This document shows, piece after piece, positions 1 through 12,830 of a DNA stretch of 64,000 nucleotides. The stretch covers positions 240,780-304,779 of the forward strand of contig CAVSWB010000004.1 in the NCBI GenBank assembly GCA_963731635.1, in the 5' to 3' direction. Origin of the DNA: an uncultured Chloroflexia bacterium (GTDB lineage: Bacteria > Chloroflexota > Limnocylindria > Limnocylindrales > CSP1-4). The notes under the pieces are model-generated. The model saw nothing but the letters and a program-made list of their open reading frames with translations, searched no databases and was not told the DNA's origin. A program made the position numbers and the translations under genes. Position 1 is the stretch's first letter; each line of letters opens with the position of its first letter.

Positions 1-93
1 CCTATCTCTTTCGGGCGCCGCCGGCAGAGGTCGCCGGAGTATGCTCCTGACCACGCGGACGGCCCCTTCGGCGATGGAGATTCGGTCCGCGCT

Positions 94-2938
<2,845 letters not shown>

Positions 2939-2953
2939 GAGGAACATTTTCGG

Positions 2954-3653
2954 ATGGCTCGAACGATCCTGGTCGTCGACGACGAACGGACGCTTCGCGA
3001 AACGCTGGCCGAGAGCCTCGAGACCGAGGGGTTCACAGTGGTGCAGGCGGCCGACGGGCGAGAGGCCGTCGACGCCTTCCGGCGCAGCCATCCCGACCTG
3101 ATCCTGCTCGATCTCATGCTGCCCGAGCTGTCCGGCACCGAGGTCTGCCGGATCATCCGATCTGAATCGGGCGTGCCGATCCTGATGCTCACCGCCAAGA
3201 GCGCCGAGGTGGACAAGGTCGTGGGCCTGGAGCTCGGGGCGGACGACTACGTCACGAAGCCGTTCAGCTTCCGCGAGCTGCTCGCCCGGATCCGTGCCCT
3301 GCTGCGCCGCTCCGAGCAGCAATCACAGGCCGCCGAAACCGACACCGTGGAACTGGGCGCGGTCAAGGTGGACCTGGCCGGCCGGCGGCTGCTGCGCGGC
3401 GTCGGAAGTGCTGCCGGTCAAGCCGAAGGCGTTCGAGCTGCTCGCATTCCTGCTCCGCAACGCCGGCCACGTCTTCACCCGCGACCAGCTTCTGGAACGC
3501 GTCTGGGGCTACGACTACGCCGGCGAAACCCGCACCGTGGACGTCCACGTCCACTGGCTGCGAGCGCAGATCGAGGACGATCCTGCTGTGCCGGTCTACC
3601 TCGAGACCGTCCGCGGTGTGGGTTACGTGCTGCGCCGCCCCGGCATGGATTGA
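2954..3653 (+). CDS. phoP: OmpR/PhoB-family response regulator (PhoP/PhoB-like), frameshift about 3400
   Basis: Receiver ILVVDDE...LILLDLMLP...[10 protein letters not shown], then w[14 protein letters not shown]...ETVRGVGY in a second frame; phosphate gene context. Confidence 0.8.
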
Positions 3654-3666
3654 CCCCGCGGCCGTC

Positions 3667-4827
3667 CTAGACGCCGAAGAGACCGGCGAAGGCGCCAACC
3701 GGACCGGAGATCAGCTGCAGCAGGAAATAGGCCGCTGCGGCGATCAGAGCCGAACAGGGGATCGTGAGGATCCAGGCCGTGACGATGCTGCGCGCCACTC
3801 CCCAGTGAACCGCGCTGGCCCGATCGCTCGTGCCTACGCCCATGATGGCGCTGGAGATTACGTGGGTCGTCGAGACGGGCATGCCCAGATGGGCGGCGCC
3901 GAGGATCAGGGTCGCGGCGGTGGTCTCAGCGGCGAAGCCGTGAACGGGGTCGAGCTTGACGACCTTCTGGCCCATCGTCTTCATGATCCGCCAGCCGCCT
4001 GCCGCGGTCCCCAGCGACATCGCCGTAGCGGCCATCAGGATCACCCACACGGGCACGGTCTTGTCATGGATCGCCCCGGTGCTGAACAGGGCCAGCGTCA
4101 TGATGCCCATCGTCTTCTGGGCGTCGTTGGAGCCGTGGCTGAGGGCCATGTACGTGGCCGAGAGGATCTGAAGTCGCCGAAAGCGGTCGTTGATGTGGCG
4201 AGGCGCCGTGCCGCTCCAGTCCTCGGCCGGTCGGGAGCCGCCAGCGGCGCCTTCGATGGAGCTCGGCTGCACTCGAGGGGCGTCGGGCCGGTTCAGCCTG
4301 CGAAGTAGGTGGCGCGGATTGGCCCAGCCGATCGCGTTGAGCACGATCACCATGAAAGCCAGGCCGATGACAAAACCGAGTACCGGCGAACTGAACAGCG
4401 GGACCAGGACCTTGAACGCGAAGTTTCCCCACTGGACCGCGTTCACGCCGGCCTCCGCCCATGCCGCACCGATCAAGCCGCCGATGAGGGCGTGGCTGCT
4501 CGAGCTCGGAATCGCCAGCCGCCACGTGATCAGGTTCCACGCGATCGCCCCGAGTAGAGCGGCCATGAGAACGGTCGCGCCGTTTCCGAGAACTATGTTG
4601 TCCTGGACGATGCCGCTTCCGATCGTGCCCGCGACCGCCGTGCCGAACACAAGCGCACCGACGAAGTTCGCGGTCGCCGAGAGCAGGATGGCGTGCTCCG
4701 GCTTCAGGGCCCGCGTCGAGACGGACGTGGCGATCGCATTCGCGGTGTCATGGAAGCCGTTGATGTAGTCAAAAGTGACGGCCATCGCGAAGATCGCGAC
4801 CAGTGCCAGGAACGTGCTTTCGGGCAA
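3667..4827 (-). CDS. pit: PiT-family inorganic phosphate transporter
   Basis: [30 protein letters not shown] and PVSTTH motifs. Confidence 0.93.
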   Translation of the reverse strand: MPESTFLALVAIFAMAVTFDYINGFHDTANAIATSVSTRALKPEHAILLSATANFVGALVFGTAVAGTIGSGIVQDNIVLGNGATVLMAALLGAIAWNLITWRLAIPSSSSHALIGGLIGAAWAEAGVNAVQWGNFAFKVLVPLFSSPVLGFVIGLAFMVIVLNAIGWANPRHLLRRLNRPDAPRVQPSSIEGAAGGSRPAEDWSGTAPRHINDRFRRLQILSATYMALSHGSNDAQKTMGIMTLALFSTGAIHDKTVPVWVILMAATAMSLGTAAGGWRIMKTMGQKVVKLDPVHGFAAETTAATLILGAAHLGMPVSTTHVISSAIMGVGTSDRASAVHWGVARSIVTAWILTIPCSALIAAAAYFLLQLISGPVGAFAGLFGV

Positions 4828-4942
4828 GACTCGACGACCTCGCGGTGACGGTGGGCTCGCGGCGTCGATGCGCCACGCCCCTGAGAGGCTAACAAATCGC
4901 GGACCTGCCCGCGCATTGGTCTCCCTGCTTCGTGTAGCAAGG

Positions 4943-5008
4943 GTTAACGGCCGGGGGGCGACCCGTTAACTTCGGCCGCCCACTGCGTTAATCGCCGCCC
5001 GAGAGGAT
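4943..5008 (+). promoter_or_regulatory. Pho-box-like array (GTTAAC 4943, GTTAAC 4965, GTTAAT 4987) with -10 GAGGAT 5003-5008, upstream of the ABC importer
   Basis: 22-bp (2 x 11) periodic hexamers; 10-bp gap to nAnnnT as at five other promoters. Confidence 0.7.
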
Positions 5009-5091
5009 CGGCACCGGATGAGCCGGGCGCGGCGGAGCGGGGAATGCATTGCCGCTCGGCCCGGAAACGCAGAGTGGAGGAGACCAGGAAC

Positions 5092-6219
5092 GTGATCAGA
5101 CTCCGGGTCAAGCCGAGCCTCGCGGCGGTGGCCGTCACCGTCCTCTTGGTCGGATGCTCGTCATCGGCCGCCTCACCGTCGGGCGACCCGTGGACCGCGG
5201 CTCCCGACACGACAAAGGCCGCCGACCAGGCGAAGACGTTCGAGACATACGGCGCCCCGAACTCCTGGGCCAATTACGGCGTCGAGTTCACCGACTTCTG
5301 CACGGCGAAGTTCAACTTCGACTGCAACCGCACCGACAGATCGCAGGGCGAGGACATGTCCTCCGCCGAAGAGATCGCCGCCTACGACTCCGAAAAGAAC
5401 AATCCCAAGGCCATTCTGGCCGACATCGGCATCATCTTCGCGGGTGCCGCTCAGCAGAAGGGCGTGCTCGCCGGATACGTCCCTGAGGCCGCCAAGAAGC
5501 TGCCCTCGTACCTGTACGGCGCAAATGGGGGCTGGGAAGCCACCTTCGTCGGCGTCCCGGGCTACGTGGTCAACGTCGACTACCTCACCTCCAAGAACAT
5601 CCCGGTTCCGCAGAGTTGGGCCGATCTAGCCAAGCCCATATACAAGGGCCTCGTCGGCTTCGGCAAGCCGGGCTCCTCGGGCACCGCGACGATGGCCTTC
5701 GTGGCCATGAACCTCGCCGCGGGCGGGACACTCGACGACTACACAAAGGGTGTCGCCTACGCCAAGTCGCTCCTGCCGAACATCCAGGGCGTCGCTGAAG
5801 GCAACGCCGACCAGTTCGAGAAGGGCGCGGTCCCGATCCAGATCAAGTACGACTTCAACCTGATCGCCCTGGCGAACCAGGAGAAGGCCAAGAACATCAA
5901 CGCCAAGGTCGTCATTCCGTCCGACGGCTCGATCTACGCCCCCTCGGCCATCATCATGGACAAGTACGACACGGCTCACGCCGACTTCGGCAAGATGTTC
6001 ATGGACTGGATCCTCAGCGACGCGGGGCAGGCCGACTTCGCCAAGTTCGGCGCCCGCCCCATCCGCTACGTCCTGGGCGACCTGACTCTCCCCGACAGCG
6101 CCAAGACGCTGTGGCTGCCGGACTCCCAGTACACGCAAGTCAAGACCGTCGACACTTCGAAGATCGATATCGCCACCATTGCCGATATCTGGCAGAACCA
6201 GGTCGGCGCGGGCGGCTGA
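5092..6219 (+). CDS. ABC transporter substrate-binding lipoprotein (Fe3+/polyamine/2-AEP-like SBP class)
   Basis: GTG start after GGAGGAG; lipobox LVGC; WANYG, MSSAEEI and PGSSGT motifs. Confidence 0.85.
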   Translation: MIRLRVKPSLAAVAVTVLLVGCSSSAASPSGDPWTAAPDTTKAADQAKTFETYGAPNSWANYGVEFTDFCTAKFNFDCNRTDRSQGEDMSSAEEIAAYDSEKNNPKAILADIGIIFAGAAQQKGVLAGYVPEAAKKLPSYLYGANGGWEATFVGVPGYVVNVDYLTSKNIPVPQSWADLAKPIYKGLVGFGKPGSSGTATMAFVAMNLAAGGTLDDYTKGVAYAKSLLPNIQGVAEGNADQFEKGAVPIQIKYDFNLIALANQEKAKNINAKVVIPSDGSIYAPSAIIMDKYDTAHADFGKMFMDWILSDAGQADFAKFGARPIRYVLGDLTLPDSAKTLWLPDSQYTQVKTVDTSKIDIATIADIWQNQVGAGG

Positions 6220-6225
6220 TAGAAG

Positions 6226-7158
6226 ATGGCGACCATCAGCCGGCCCTACGCGGAAGTCGGCGGACGTGAGTCCGCCGGCGGGTCGGCCCCAACCTCGCCC
6301 GTTGCTCGGATGCGTGGATGGCTGGCAGCCTGGCTGCCGGCCATCCCGCTTCTGCTGCTGGTCACGAGCTGCCTGATCGCGCCGGTCATCGTGCTCGTGG
6401 TCCAGTCGTTCACCGGGATGGGGGAGTCGGGGCTGTCCCTCGACCTGTGGTTCAAGGTGCTCGGCCAGCACGTGAACCAGACCGCGATCATCACCAGCGT
6501 GACTCTGGCCACCGTCTGCGCCACCGTCACGACGCTCGTGGGCGCGCCGCTGGCCTGGCTGATCAGCCGCATGCTGCGGGGCTCGCGGGCTTTCTGGCTC
6601 GGCCTGCTCAACGTCGCCGGCAACTTTGGCGGCATCGGCCTTGCTTTCGCCTACATGGCCACCGTCGGCAGCGTCGGCATGCTGACGCTTGTGGTCCAGG
6701 GGCTGGGCATCTCGTTCGAGGCGCCGCGCCAGGGATCGATGATCGCGCTCCTGCTCGCTTACGAGTACACCAACATTCCGCTCTTCGTGCTGCTGACGAT
6801 CCCCGCCATGGCCATTCTTCGCGACGACTGGTGGGAGGCGGCACAGACGGCGGCGGCCACGCGGCTGGTCTTCTGGCGGCGCATCGGGGCGCCGATCCTT
6901 GCGCCGTTCCTGATCGCCGGCTGGCTGCTCATATTCACCTGGACGCTCGGCATCTACGGCATCGCCTACGGTCTCGCAGGCCAATCCGGCGCCACGGCGG
7001 TGCAGCTGATCACCCTCCAGATCGGGTCCGCGCTCCAGTCCGACGTGCTGCTCGGGCCGGGCCGCGCCGCCATCCTGGCAGTGGTGCTGATGGCCTTCGC
7101 GACGACGTCGCTGCTGCTCTACCGGCGAGTCCTGCGGAGGGCCATGCGATGGCTTTAG
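6226..7158 (+). CDS. ABC transporter permease
   Basis: Multiple TM helices; EAA loop (WWEAAQTAAA). Confidence 0.88.
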   Translation: MATISRPYAEVGGRESAGGSAPTSPVARMRGWLAAWLPAIPLLLLVTSCLIAPVIVLVVQSFTGMGESGLSLDLWFKVLGQHVNQTAIITSVTLATVCATVTTLVGAPLAWLISRMLRGSRAFWLGLLNVAGNFGGIGLAFAYMATVGSVGMLTLVVQGLGISFEAPRQGSMIALLLAYEYTNIPLFVLLTIPAMAILRDDWWEAAQTAAATRLVFWRRIGAPILAPFLIAGWLLIFTWTLGIYGIAYGLAGQSGATAVQLITLQIGSALQSDVLLGPGRAAILAVVLMAFATTSLLLYRRVLRRAMRWL

Positions 7159-8072
7159 GATCCCGAACCGACCCGCTATCTGCGCCGCTCGCCACGCCCC
7201 GCGCGACCGCCCGGGCCACAGCGGAGAGCGGCATCAGCCGGGCCGGCCGACGCATACTGTTCGGCGCCGCGCTGTTCTACTTCTGCGTGCCGATGGCCGC
7301 GGTCCTGATCTACTCGTTCGCGACTCGTTGGACGGATCACATCCTGCCCGACGGATACACCCTTGACTGGTGGTCGGCAACGCTGGGCGACCCGCGGATC
7401 CGGAGTGCGTTCTCAACGTCCCTCACGCTCGCCACGCTGACCGCGATCATCGACATTCTGGTGGTCGTTCCCGCGGCGTACTGGTCGCGTGTCCGCAACG
7501 CCCGCATCCGACCCGTGATGGACGTGGCCGCGGCAATCCCATTCGCACTGCCGTACATCGTCATCGCCTTCGGGCTGATGCAGTTCTCCGGCGTCGTCGC
7601 TCCGCAATTCCAGGGCACGTTCCCGCTCCTCGTTCTGGGCCACTCCGCAATCGCCTTCCCGTTCGTGTATTGGGCTGTGGACGGGGCAATGGCCGCGGCC
7701 GGGATCGAGCGGCTGAGCGAGACCGCGGAAGCCTGCGGGGCGTCGCCGCTTCAGATCATGTGGCGCGTCGTCGTCCCGAACGTCTCACCCGGCCTTGTGA
7801 CAGGGGGCCTGCTCGCCTTCGCCGCGAGCTTCGGGGAGTTCGCCATGGCCCAGATCATCGGCCGTGGCCTGGACACCGTGCCGCTTTGGAGCGCGGAGAT
7901 GATCCGCTCCTACACCGACACCGCCGGCTCGTACAACCGGCTGGCAGTGGTGACGCTCCTGACGTTCGCGATCCTGTTCGCCATATCGGCCGTGGTCGTG
8001 TATTGGAACCGCGGCCAGACAGTCCGTATGCTGCCCGGCGCGGCCGCCCATCGAGAAGGAGATCGCTCTTGA
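7149..8072 (+). CDS. ABC transporter permease
   Basis: Multiple TM helices; EAA-like loop LSETAEACGASP; overlaps upstream stop. Confidence 0.88.
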   Translation: MALGSRTDPLSAPLATPRATARATAESGISRAGRRILFGAALFYFCVPMAAVLIYSFATRWTDHILPDGYTLDWWSATLGDPRIRSAFSTSLTLATLTAIIDILVVVPAAYWSRVRNARIRPVMDVAAAIPFALPYIVIAFGLMQFSGVVAPQFQGTFPLLVLGHSAIAFPFVYWAVDGAMAAAGIERLSETAEACGASPLQIMWRVVVPNVSPGLVTGGLLAFAASFGEFAMAQIIGRGLDTVPLWSAEMIRSYTDTAGSYNRLAVVTLLTFAILFAISAVVVYWNRGQTVRMLPGAAAHREGDRS

Positions 8073-9115
8073 GCGGCGTGAGCCTCGTCGGCGTAACCAA
8101 GACCTACGGCCAGGTAGCGGCCCTGGACCACGTCACCCTCGACGTCTGCGACGGCGAGCTGGTCGCGCTGCTCGGCCCGTCGGGCTGTGGCAAGACGACG
8201 CTGCTGCGCTGCGTCGCCGGCCTGGAGCGCCCCGATCGCGGCAGCGTGGAGATTGGCGGGGTGGACGTGACCGACACGCCGACCCGCCACCGGCCGATCG
8301 GCATGGTCTTCCAGAGCTATGCCCTGTTCCCGAACCTCACCGTTAGCCAGAACATCTCGTTCCCGCTCGAGGTCCGGCACCGGCCGGCAGGCGAGGTCCG
8401 GGAGCGCGTGGAGGAGCTGCTCGAACTAGTCCGGCTGACCGGCCAGGCGGACCGCTACCCGAAGCAGATCAGCGGCGGCCAGGCCCAGCGCTGCGCCCTC
8501 GGGCGTGCCCTGGCGCCAAACCCGGAAGTGCTGCTGCTCGACGAGCCTCTCTCCGCCCTCGACGCGGTGGTCCGGGGCCGCCTTCGTGACGAGATCCGGC
8601 TGATCCAGCAACGGGTCGGCATCACGGCGATCTACGTGACCCATGATCAGTCAGAGGCGATGGCCATCGCCGATCGCGTGGCGGTGATGAACGGCGGCAA
8701 AGTCGAGCAGATCGCGGCGCCGGCGGATCTCTACGACACGCCTTCTACCCAGTTCAGCGCGACATTCGTCGGCAGCCGTAACGCCGTCGAGCTCGAGGTC
8801 CACAACGGCCGGGTTGGTATCCCCGGAGCGTTCCAGATCGACGCGCCCGCAGGGTCGAACGGGCACGCTCTGGCCTTCTTTCGGCCGGAGGACGTTCGCG
8901 TGGCTCGTTCGAGCGACGGTCCCGGTCTGGCGGCGCGCGTCGAGCTCAAGATCTTCCTGGGGCCGACCACGCGGTTGCACATGGTCGGTGAGGCCGACGG
9001 GCGGCCGATCGCGATCTTCGGCGACCTGCCGAGCCGCCAGGCCCGACTTATCGAAGAAGGCGAAACGGTCCGGGTCGACGTCGATCCGGACCACGTGCAG
9101 GCATTCCCGGCCTGA
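8069..9115 (+). CDS. ABC transporter ATP-binding protein (PotA/PhnT-like, TOBE domain)
   Basis: Walker A GPSGCGKT, ISGGQAQR, LLLDEP, VTHDQ; TTGA overlap and AAGGAG RBS. Confidence 0.92.
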   Translation: MSGVSLVGVTKTYGQVAALDHVTLDVCDGELVALLGPSGCGKTTLLRCVAGLERPDRGSVEIGGVDVTDTPTRHRPIGMVFQSYALFPNLTVSQNISFPLEVRHRPAGEVRERVEELLELVRLTGQADRYPKQISGGQAQRCALGRALAPNPEVLLLDEPLSALDAVVRGRLRDEIRLIQQRVGITAIYVTHDQSEAMAIADRVAVMNGGKVEQIAAPADLYDTPSTQFSATFVGSRNAVELEVHNGRVGIPGAFQIDAPAGSNGHALAFFRPEDVRVARSSDGPGLAARVELKIFLGPTTRLHMVGEADGRPIAIFGDLPSRQARLIEEGETVRVDVDPDHVQAFPA

Positions 9116-9142
9116 CCGGCCGGCCAAAGCGGAGGTGGCGCT

Positions 9143-9355
9143 ATGAACGTCTGGGTACTAGAGAGGGCCGCCACATTTGCCGAGCTGCGGGTTCAGCGCG
9201 AGCCCGGCCTCGACCCGGTCGGCCACGCCAGTGAGTGGATCGACCCCGAATTGGCCGACTGGTTCGCGACCTCCAGCCTGTCGACGTCCCACGATACCGA
9301 GTCGGTCGAGCCCGCAGATGCTCAAGCGCCCGCTGCGGATTACTGGTTCGGCTAG
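9143..9355 (+). CDS. Small hypothetical protein (70 aa)
   Basis: GGAGGT RBS before ATG; directly follows the ABC operon. Confidence 0.5.
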   Translation: MNVWVLERAATFAELRVQREPGLDPVGHASEWIDPELADWFATSSLSTSHDTESVEPADAQAPAADYWFG

Positions 9356-9402
9356 CCGAGACACCGCGCCGAGGAGGCAGCACCGATATCCGGAGTCGCC
9401 GG

Positions 9403-10458
9403 CTAGCCGTCGTCTGGACGAAGATCCGCCTGTTGCTGGACCCGGCGCGTCTTGGCTTCGAGCAGGGACGCATCGGCTCGAGCCGTGAGCTGGTCGAGCG
9501 TGTCATTCGGCCCAAGCTCGGCTACCCCAACACTGATGCCGACGCCCACCTCCCGCTTCACCGACAGATCGATCACCGCGAATCGCCTGCCGACCTCATC
9601 GAGATTGACTCCACCCACTCCCGCGATGAACTCGTCGCCGCCGTAGCGGACTATCGGGTCGAAGGACCGAAGGTTCGATCGCATGTGCGCTACGAGCGCC
9701 TTCAGCACCTCGTCACCGGCCGCGTGGCCCTGTCGATCGTTGACCTGCTTCATTCCGTCGACATCGACGAATGCAATCACGAAGTTCCCGTCGCCCCGCC
9801 TGGCGCGCTCCATCTCGTGCGTGAGAGCCATCGTTCCCGTCTCGCGCCGATAGGCGCCAGTGAGATCGTCGAGGTGCGCGCTGTTCAACTCGGCCTCGAG
9901 GCGGGCTCGGTCGAGGGCTGCAGCGGCCCGATCCTGGGCGGCCCGGCGTCGATCGGCGGCGGCCCTGGCGCGGAGCCGCTCGAACTTCTCGGCCAGCGGC
10001 TCGTCCGAGGCGGCGATTCTCTCGTCAATCGCTTCGGCCCGAGCATCCCGCCGCCTGGCCATCTCGTCGCGTTCGGCCGCGATCCGATCGCGTTCTCCTG
10101 CCGTCGCCGCGCGCAACCGCGCGGTAGTTGCACGTCGGATGCGGTTGGTGAGACGACTCACAGTGCCGTCTTTGCGGGTGTTGTTTGCGGCCTCGTAGGC
10201 CTGATCCTCGGAGGGATCGGACTCCAGGCTTCGGTATCTCTCGGCAATTGCCTGATCATTGTCCGAGGCCAGCTGGTCGCTCATCGCATCGGAGTCGTCC
10301 TGTTCCGAAGCATCCTGGTCGGTGTCGGACAACGTCTGGTCGGAATCCGAGGCGGTCTGGTCGGCGTTCGAGGCGGATCTATCGGCCTCGTGGGCCCGTT
10401 CTCCCGCCCATTGGGCGATGCCGCCGTCGATGGGTGTGTCTGAGCCCCTATCGTCCAT
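9403..10458 (-). CDS. Diguanylate cyclase (GGDEF) with N-terminal acidic repeats and coiled coil
   Basis: DDLTG, DVDGMKQVNDRQGHAAGD, RSFD I-site, RYGGDEF. Confidence 0.9.
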   Translation of the reverse strand: MDDRGSDTPIDGGIAQWAGERAHEADRSASNADQTASDSDQTLSDTDQDASEQDDSDAMSDQLASDNDQAIAERYRSLESDPSEDQAYEAANNTRKDGTVSRLTNRIRRATTARLRAATAGERDRIAAERDEMARRRDARAEAIDERIAASDEPLAEKFERLRARAAADRRRAAQDRAAAALDRARLEAELNSAHLDDLTGAYRRETGTMALTHEMERARRGDGNFVIAFVDVDGMKQVNDRQGHAAGDEVLKALVAHMRSNLRSFDPIVRYGGDEFIAGVGGVNLDEVGRRFAVIDLSVKREVGVGISVGVAELGPNDTLDQLTARADASLLEAKTRRVQQQADLRPDDG

Positions 10459-10594
10459 CGATTCCCCCGGCCGCCGGCGGTCAATCGGACGAGCTCGCCG
10501 ACGCTGGTGGCATTGTAGAACGATCGCCGGTCGAGGCAGACGGAAGCCGGCCGGCGGGAAGGTCGGCGAGCCTGAACCTCTCGGTAGGGTCGCC

Positions 10595-11977
10595 TCAGCT
10601 CGAGACTTGCTCCACTGCCGTCAGGCTGTCGTCGAGGATCGCGAGCGCCAGGCCCAGCTCTTCGCGGGTGACGATCAGCGGCGCCGAGAGATGGATCACG
10701 TTGCCCATCGTTGTCTTGAGGCTCAGGCCGCGCGACAGGCACTCGTACATGACCGCCTCGGCCTCGTCTACTGCCGGCGCGCGCGTGGCGCGGTCCAGCA
10801 CCAGCTCGACGCCCATCAGCAGGCCCAGCCCGCGGACGTCGCCGATCAGGGGGTGGCGAGCCTGCATGGTGCGCAGCTCGCCGAGCGCCCAGGCGCCCAG
10901 TTCGGCGGCTTGAGCGACAAGCCCGCGCTCCTCGATCTCGGCGATCACCGCCAGACCCGCAGCGCACGCCATGGGGTTCTTCTCGTGGGTGAAGTGGCCC
11001 AGAGCGCGGTCCGCGGCGACGTTCAAACCTTCCCGCGCGATCAGTGCCGCGAGCGGCATGATGCCTCCGCCCAGCCCTTTGCCGATGACCAGGATGTCGG
11101 GCACGATCCCGAAATGCTCGACCGTGAAGAAGCGCCCGGATCGACCGAGGGCGTGCGGGACTTCGTCGAGGATGAGCAGCGCGCCGTGGCGATCGCAGGC
11201 TGCCCGAACCGACCGCCAGTAGTCCGGCGGCGGGATCGAGGGCGTGTTCCGGACGGTCTCGGCGATGACGGCGGCCACGTCGCCTTCCTTCTCGAGGACG
11301 TATTCGAGATAGGCGGCACACGTCAGGTCGCAAGCGCCGGTGCGATGCAAACACCCGAACGGGCAGCGGTACGGCTCGGGCGGCGGGACGTGCTCGGTGC
11401 CGGTCATGAGCGGGCCGATGCCGGCCCGGAACTGCGCTTCGCCGCCGATCGAGATCGTGTCCAGCGTGCCGCCGTGGAACGCGTCCCACATCGAGATCGT
11501 CTTGTGGCGTCCTGTAGCCACCCGAGCCAGCTGGATCGCGGCGCTGTTGGCAGTGGCACCGGAAGTGGTGAACAGGACGCGGGACAAATCGCCGGGAGCC
11601 AGCTCGGCGAGCTTGCGGGCCAGGTCGATGGCGGGTCGGTTGGTGTAGCGGCGCGGCGAGAACGGCAGCTTCCCGAGCTGCTCTACGACGGCCGCGACGA
11701 CTCGCGGGTTCCCGAAGCCGACCTGGTGCACCGCGTTGCCGTGGAAGTCGAGGTAGCGGCGGCCGGCCGAATCGACGATCCAGGCGCCCTCCGCACCGTC
11801 GAGGACGTTCAGGCACGGCGTCGAGAGCGACTGATGCAGGAAGTATCGGGCGTCCTCCTCGAGCAACGCCCGAGCTTCCTCGTCAAGGTTGGCCGCCTGC
11901 CACGCCGCCCGCCGGGGGGTGGCGTTGGAGTCGCCCTCCGACAGCCCGCCGCGCGGTGCCGGCTCGTGCACGGCCAC
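10595..11977 (-). CDS. pbfA: Class-III PLP enzyme, probable (R)-1-hydroxy-2-aminoethylphosphonate ammonia-lyase
   Basis: FLHQSLSTPCL N-terminus, LILDEV, GKGLGGG, GHFTHEKNP; adjacent to phnX/phnW. Confidence 0.8.
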   Translation of the reverse strand: MAVHEPAPRGGLSEGDSNATPRRAAWQAANLDEEARALLEEDARYFLHQSLSTPCLNVLDGAEGAWIVDSAGRRYLDFHGNAVHQVGFGNPRVVAAVVEQLGKLPFSPRRYTNRPAIDLARKLAELAPGDLSRVLFTTSGATANSAAIQLARVATGRHKTISMWDAFHGGTLDTISIGGEAQFRAGIGPLMTGTEHVPPPEPYRCPFGCLHRTGACDLTCAAYLEYVLEKEGDVAAVIAETVRNTPSIPPPDYWRSVRAACDRHGALLILDEVPHALGRSGRFFTVEHFGIVPDILVIGKGLGGGIMPLAALIAREGLNVAADRALGHFTHEKNPMACAAGLAVIAEIEERGLVAQAAELGAWALGELRTMQARHPLIGDVRGLGLLMGVELVLDRATRAPAVDEAEAVMYECLSRGLSLKTTMGNVIHLSAPLIVTREELGLALAILDDSLTAVEQVSS

Positions 11978-11978
11978 G

Positions 11979-12830
11979 CTACGGATGTTCGCCGAGGGCC
12001 AGGCAGATCTCGATCTCGTCCAGCACCGGCGGCAGCTCGGCGATGGAGCTGATCAGATAGTGGGCGCCGGCGTGGCGGAGCGTCTCTGCAGCGTCGTGGA
12101 CGAGCACGGCACGCTCATCGGCGGGAAGCTTTCCGAACCCATTCCGGTCGAGCCCGACGTAGTTGCCTGTGCTTGTGACTCCGACCGTCCAGGCGCCGGC
12201 GTTGAGCCCTTCCTGGACATCCGCCACGGTGTCGCCGACCTTCACCACCGCGCGCGGCGGGAAGACACGCAGCCGCTCCATGGCTCGCAGCAGCATCCAG
12301 GGTTCGGGGCGCCCGGCCGGAACCTCGTCGGCGCAGACCATGACATCGGGTTCGTAGCCCTGTTGTGCAGCGCCACGGGCGGCAATCTCGCCGACGGAGC
12401 GCGGGTAGCCGGTCGTAGAGCCGATCCTGTAGCCGCGCGCGCGGATCTCGGCCACGGCATCCAGAGTTCCGGGAATTAGCTCGCAGAACCGCGGCAGCAC
12501 GGCCTCCTGGATCGGGACCAGCTCGCGGTACATGGCCAGGACGTCGTCCTCGGTGCAATCCGACCCATGGGCGGTCCGCCAGAGCTTCGCCACTTCCGGC
12601 ACCGCCGCGATGGCGCGGATGTGGTCGAGCTTGTAGATGCCCATCGGGCCGCGCGCCTGGGCTGTGGTGATCGGCACGCCAAAGCGGCTGAAAGCCTCGA
12701 CGAAGGCTCCGACCGGAGCCAGCGAGCCGAAGTCCTGCGTCGTGCCGGCCCAATCGAGGACGACGGCCCGTAGGCACCGGCCGGAGGCGCAGCTACCGGT
12801 GGGCGGAGAGCTCTCCGTCGGCGCGATCAT
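11979..12830 (-). CDS. phnX: Phosphonoacetaldehyde hydrolase (phosphonatase)
   Basis: DWAGTTQDFGS, PMGIYKLDHI (Schiff-base Lys), STTGY, GRPEPWM, VKVGDT. Confidence 0.95.
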   Translation of the reverse strand: MIAPTESSPPTGSCASGRCLRAVVLDWAGTTQDFGSLAPVGAFVEAFSRFGVPITTAQARGPMGIYKLDHIRAIAAVPEVAKLWRTAHGSDCTEDDVLAMYRELVPIQEAVLPRFCELIPGTLDAVAEIRARGYRIGSTTGYPRSVGEIAARGAAQQGYEPDVMVCADEVPAGRPEPWMLLRAMERLRVFPPRAVVKVGDTVADVQEGLNAGAWTVGVTSTGNYVGLDRNGFGKLPADERAVLVHDAAETLRHAGAHYLISSIAELPPVLDEIEICLALGEHP

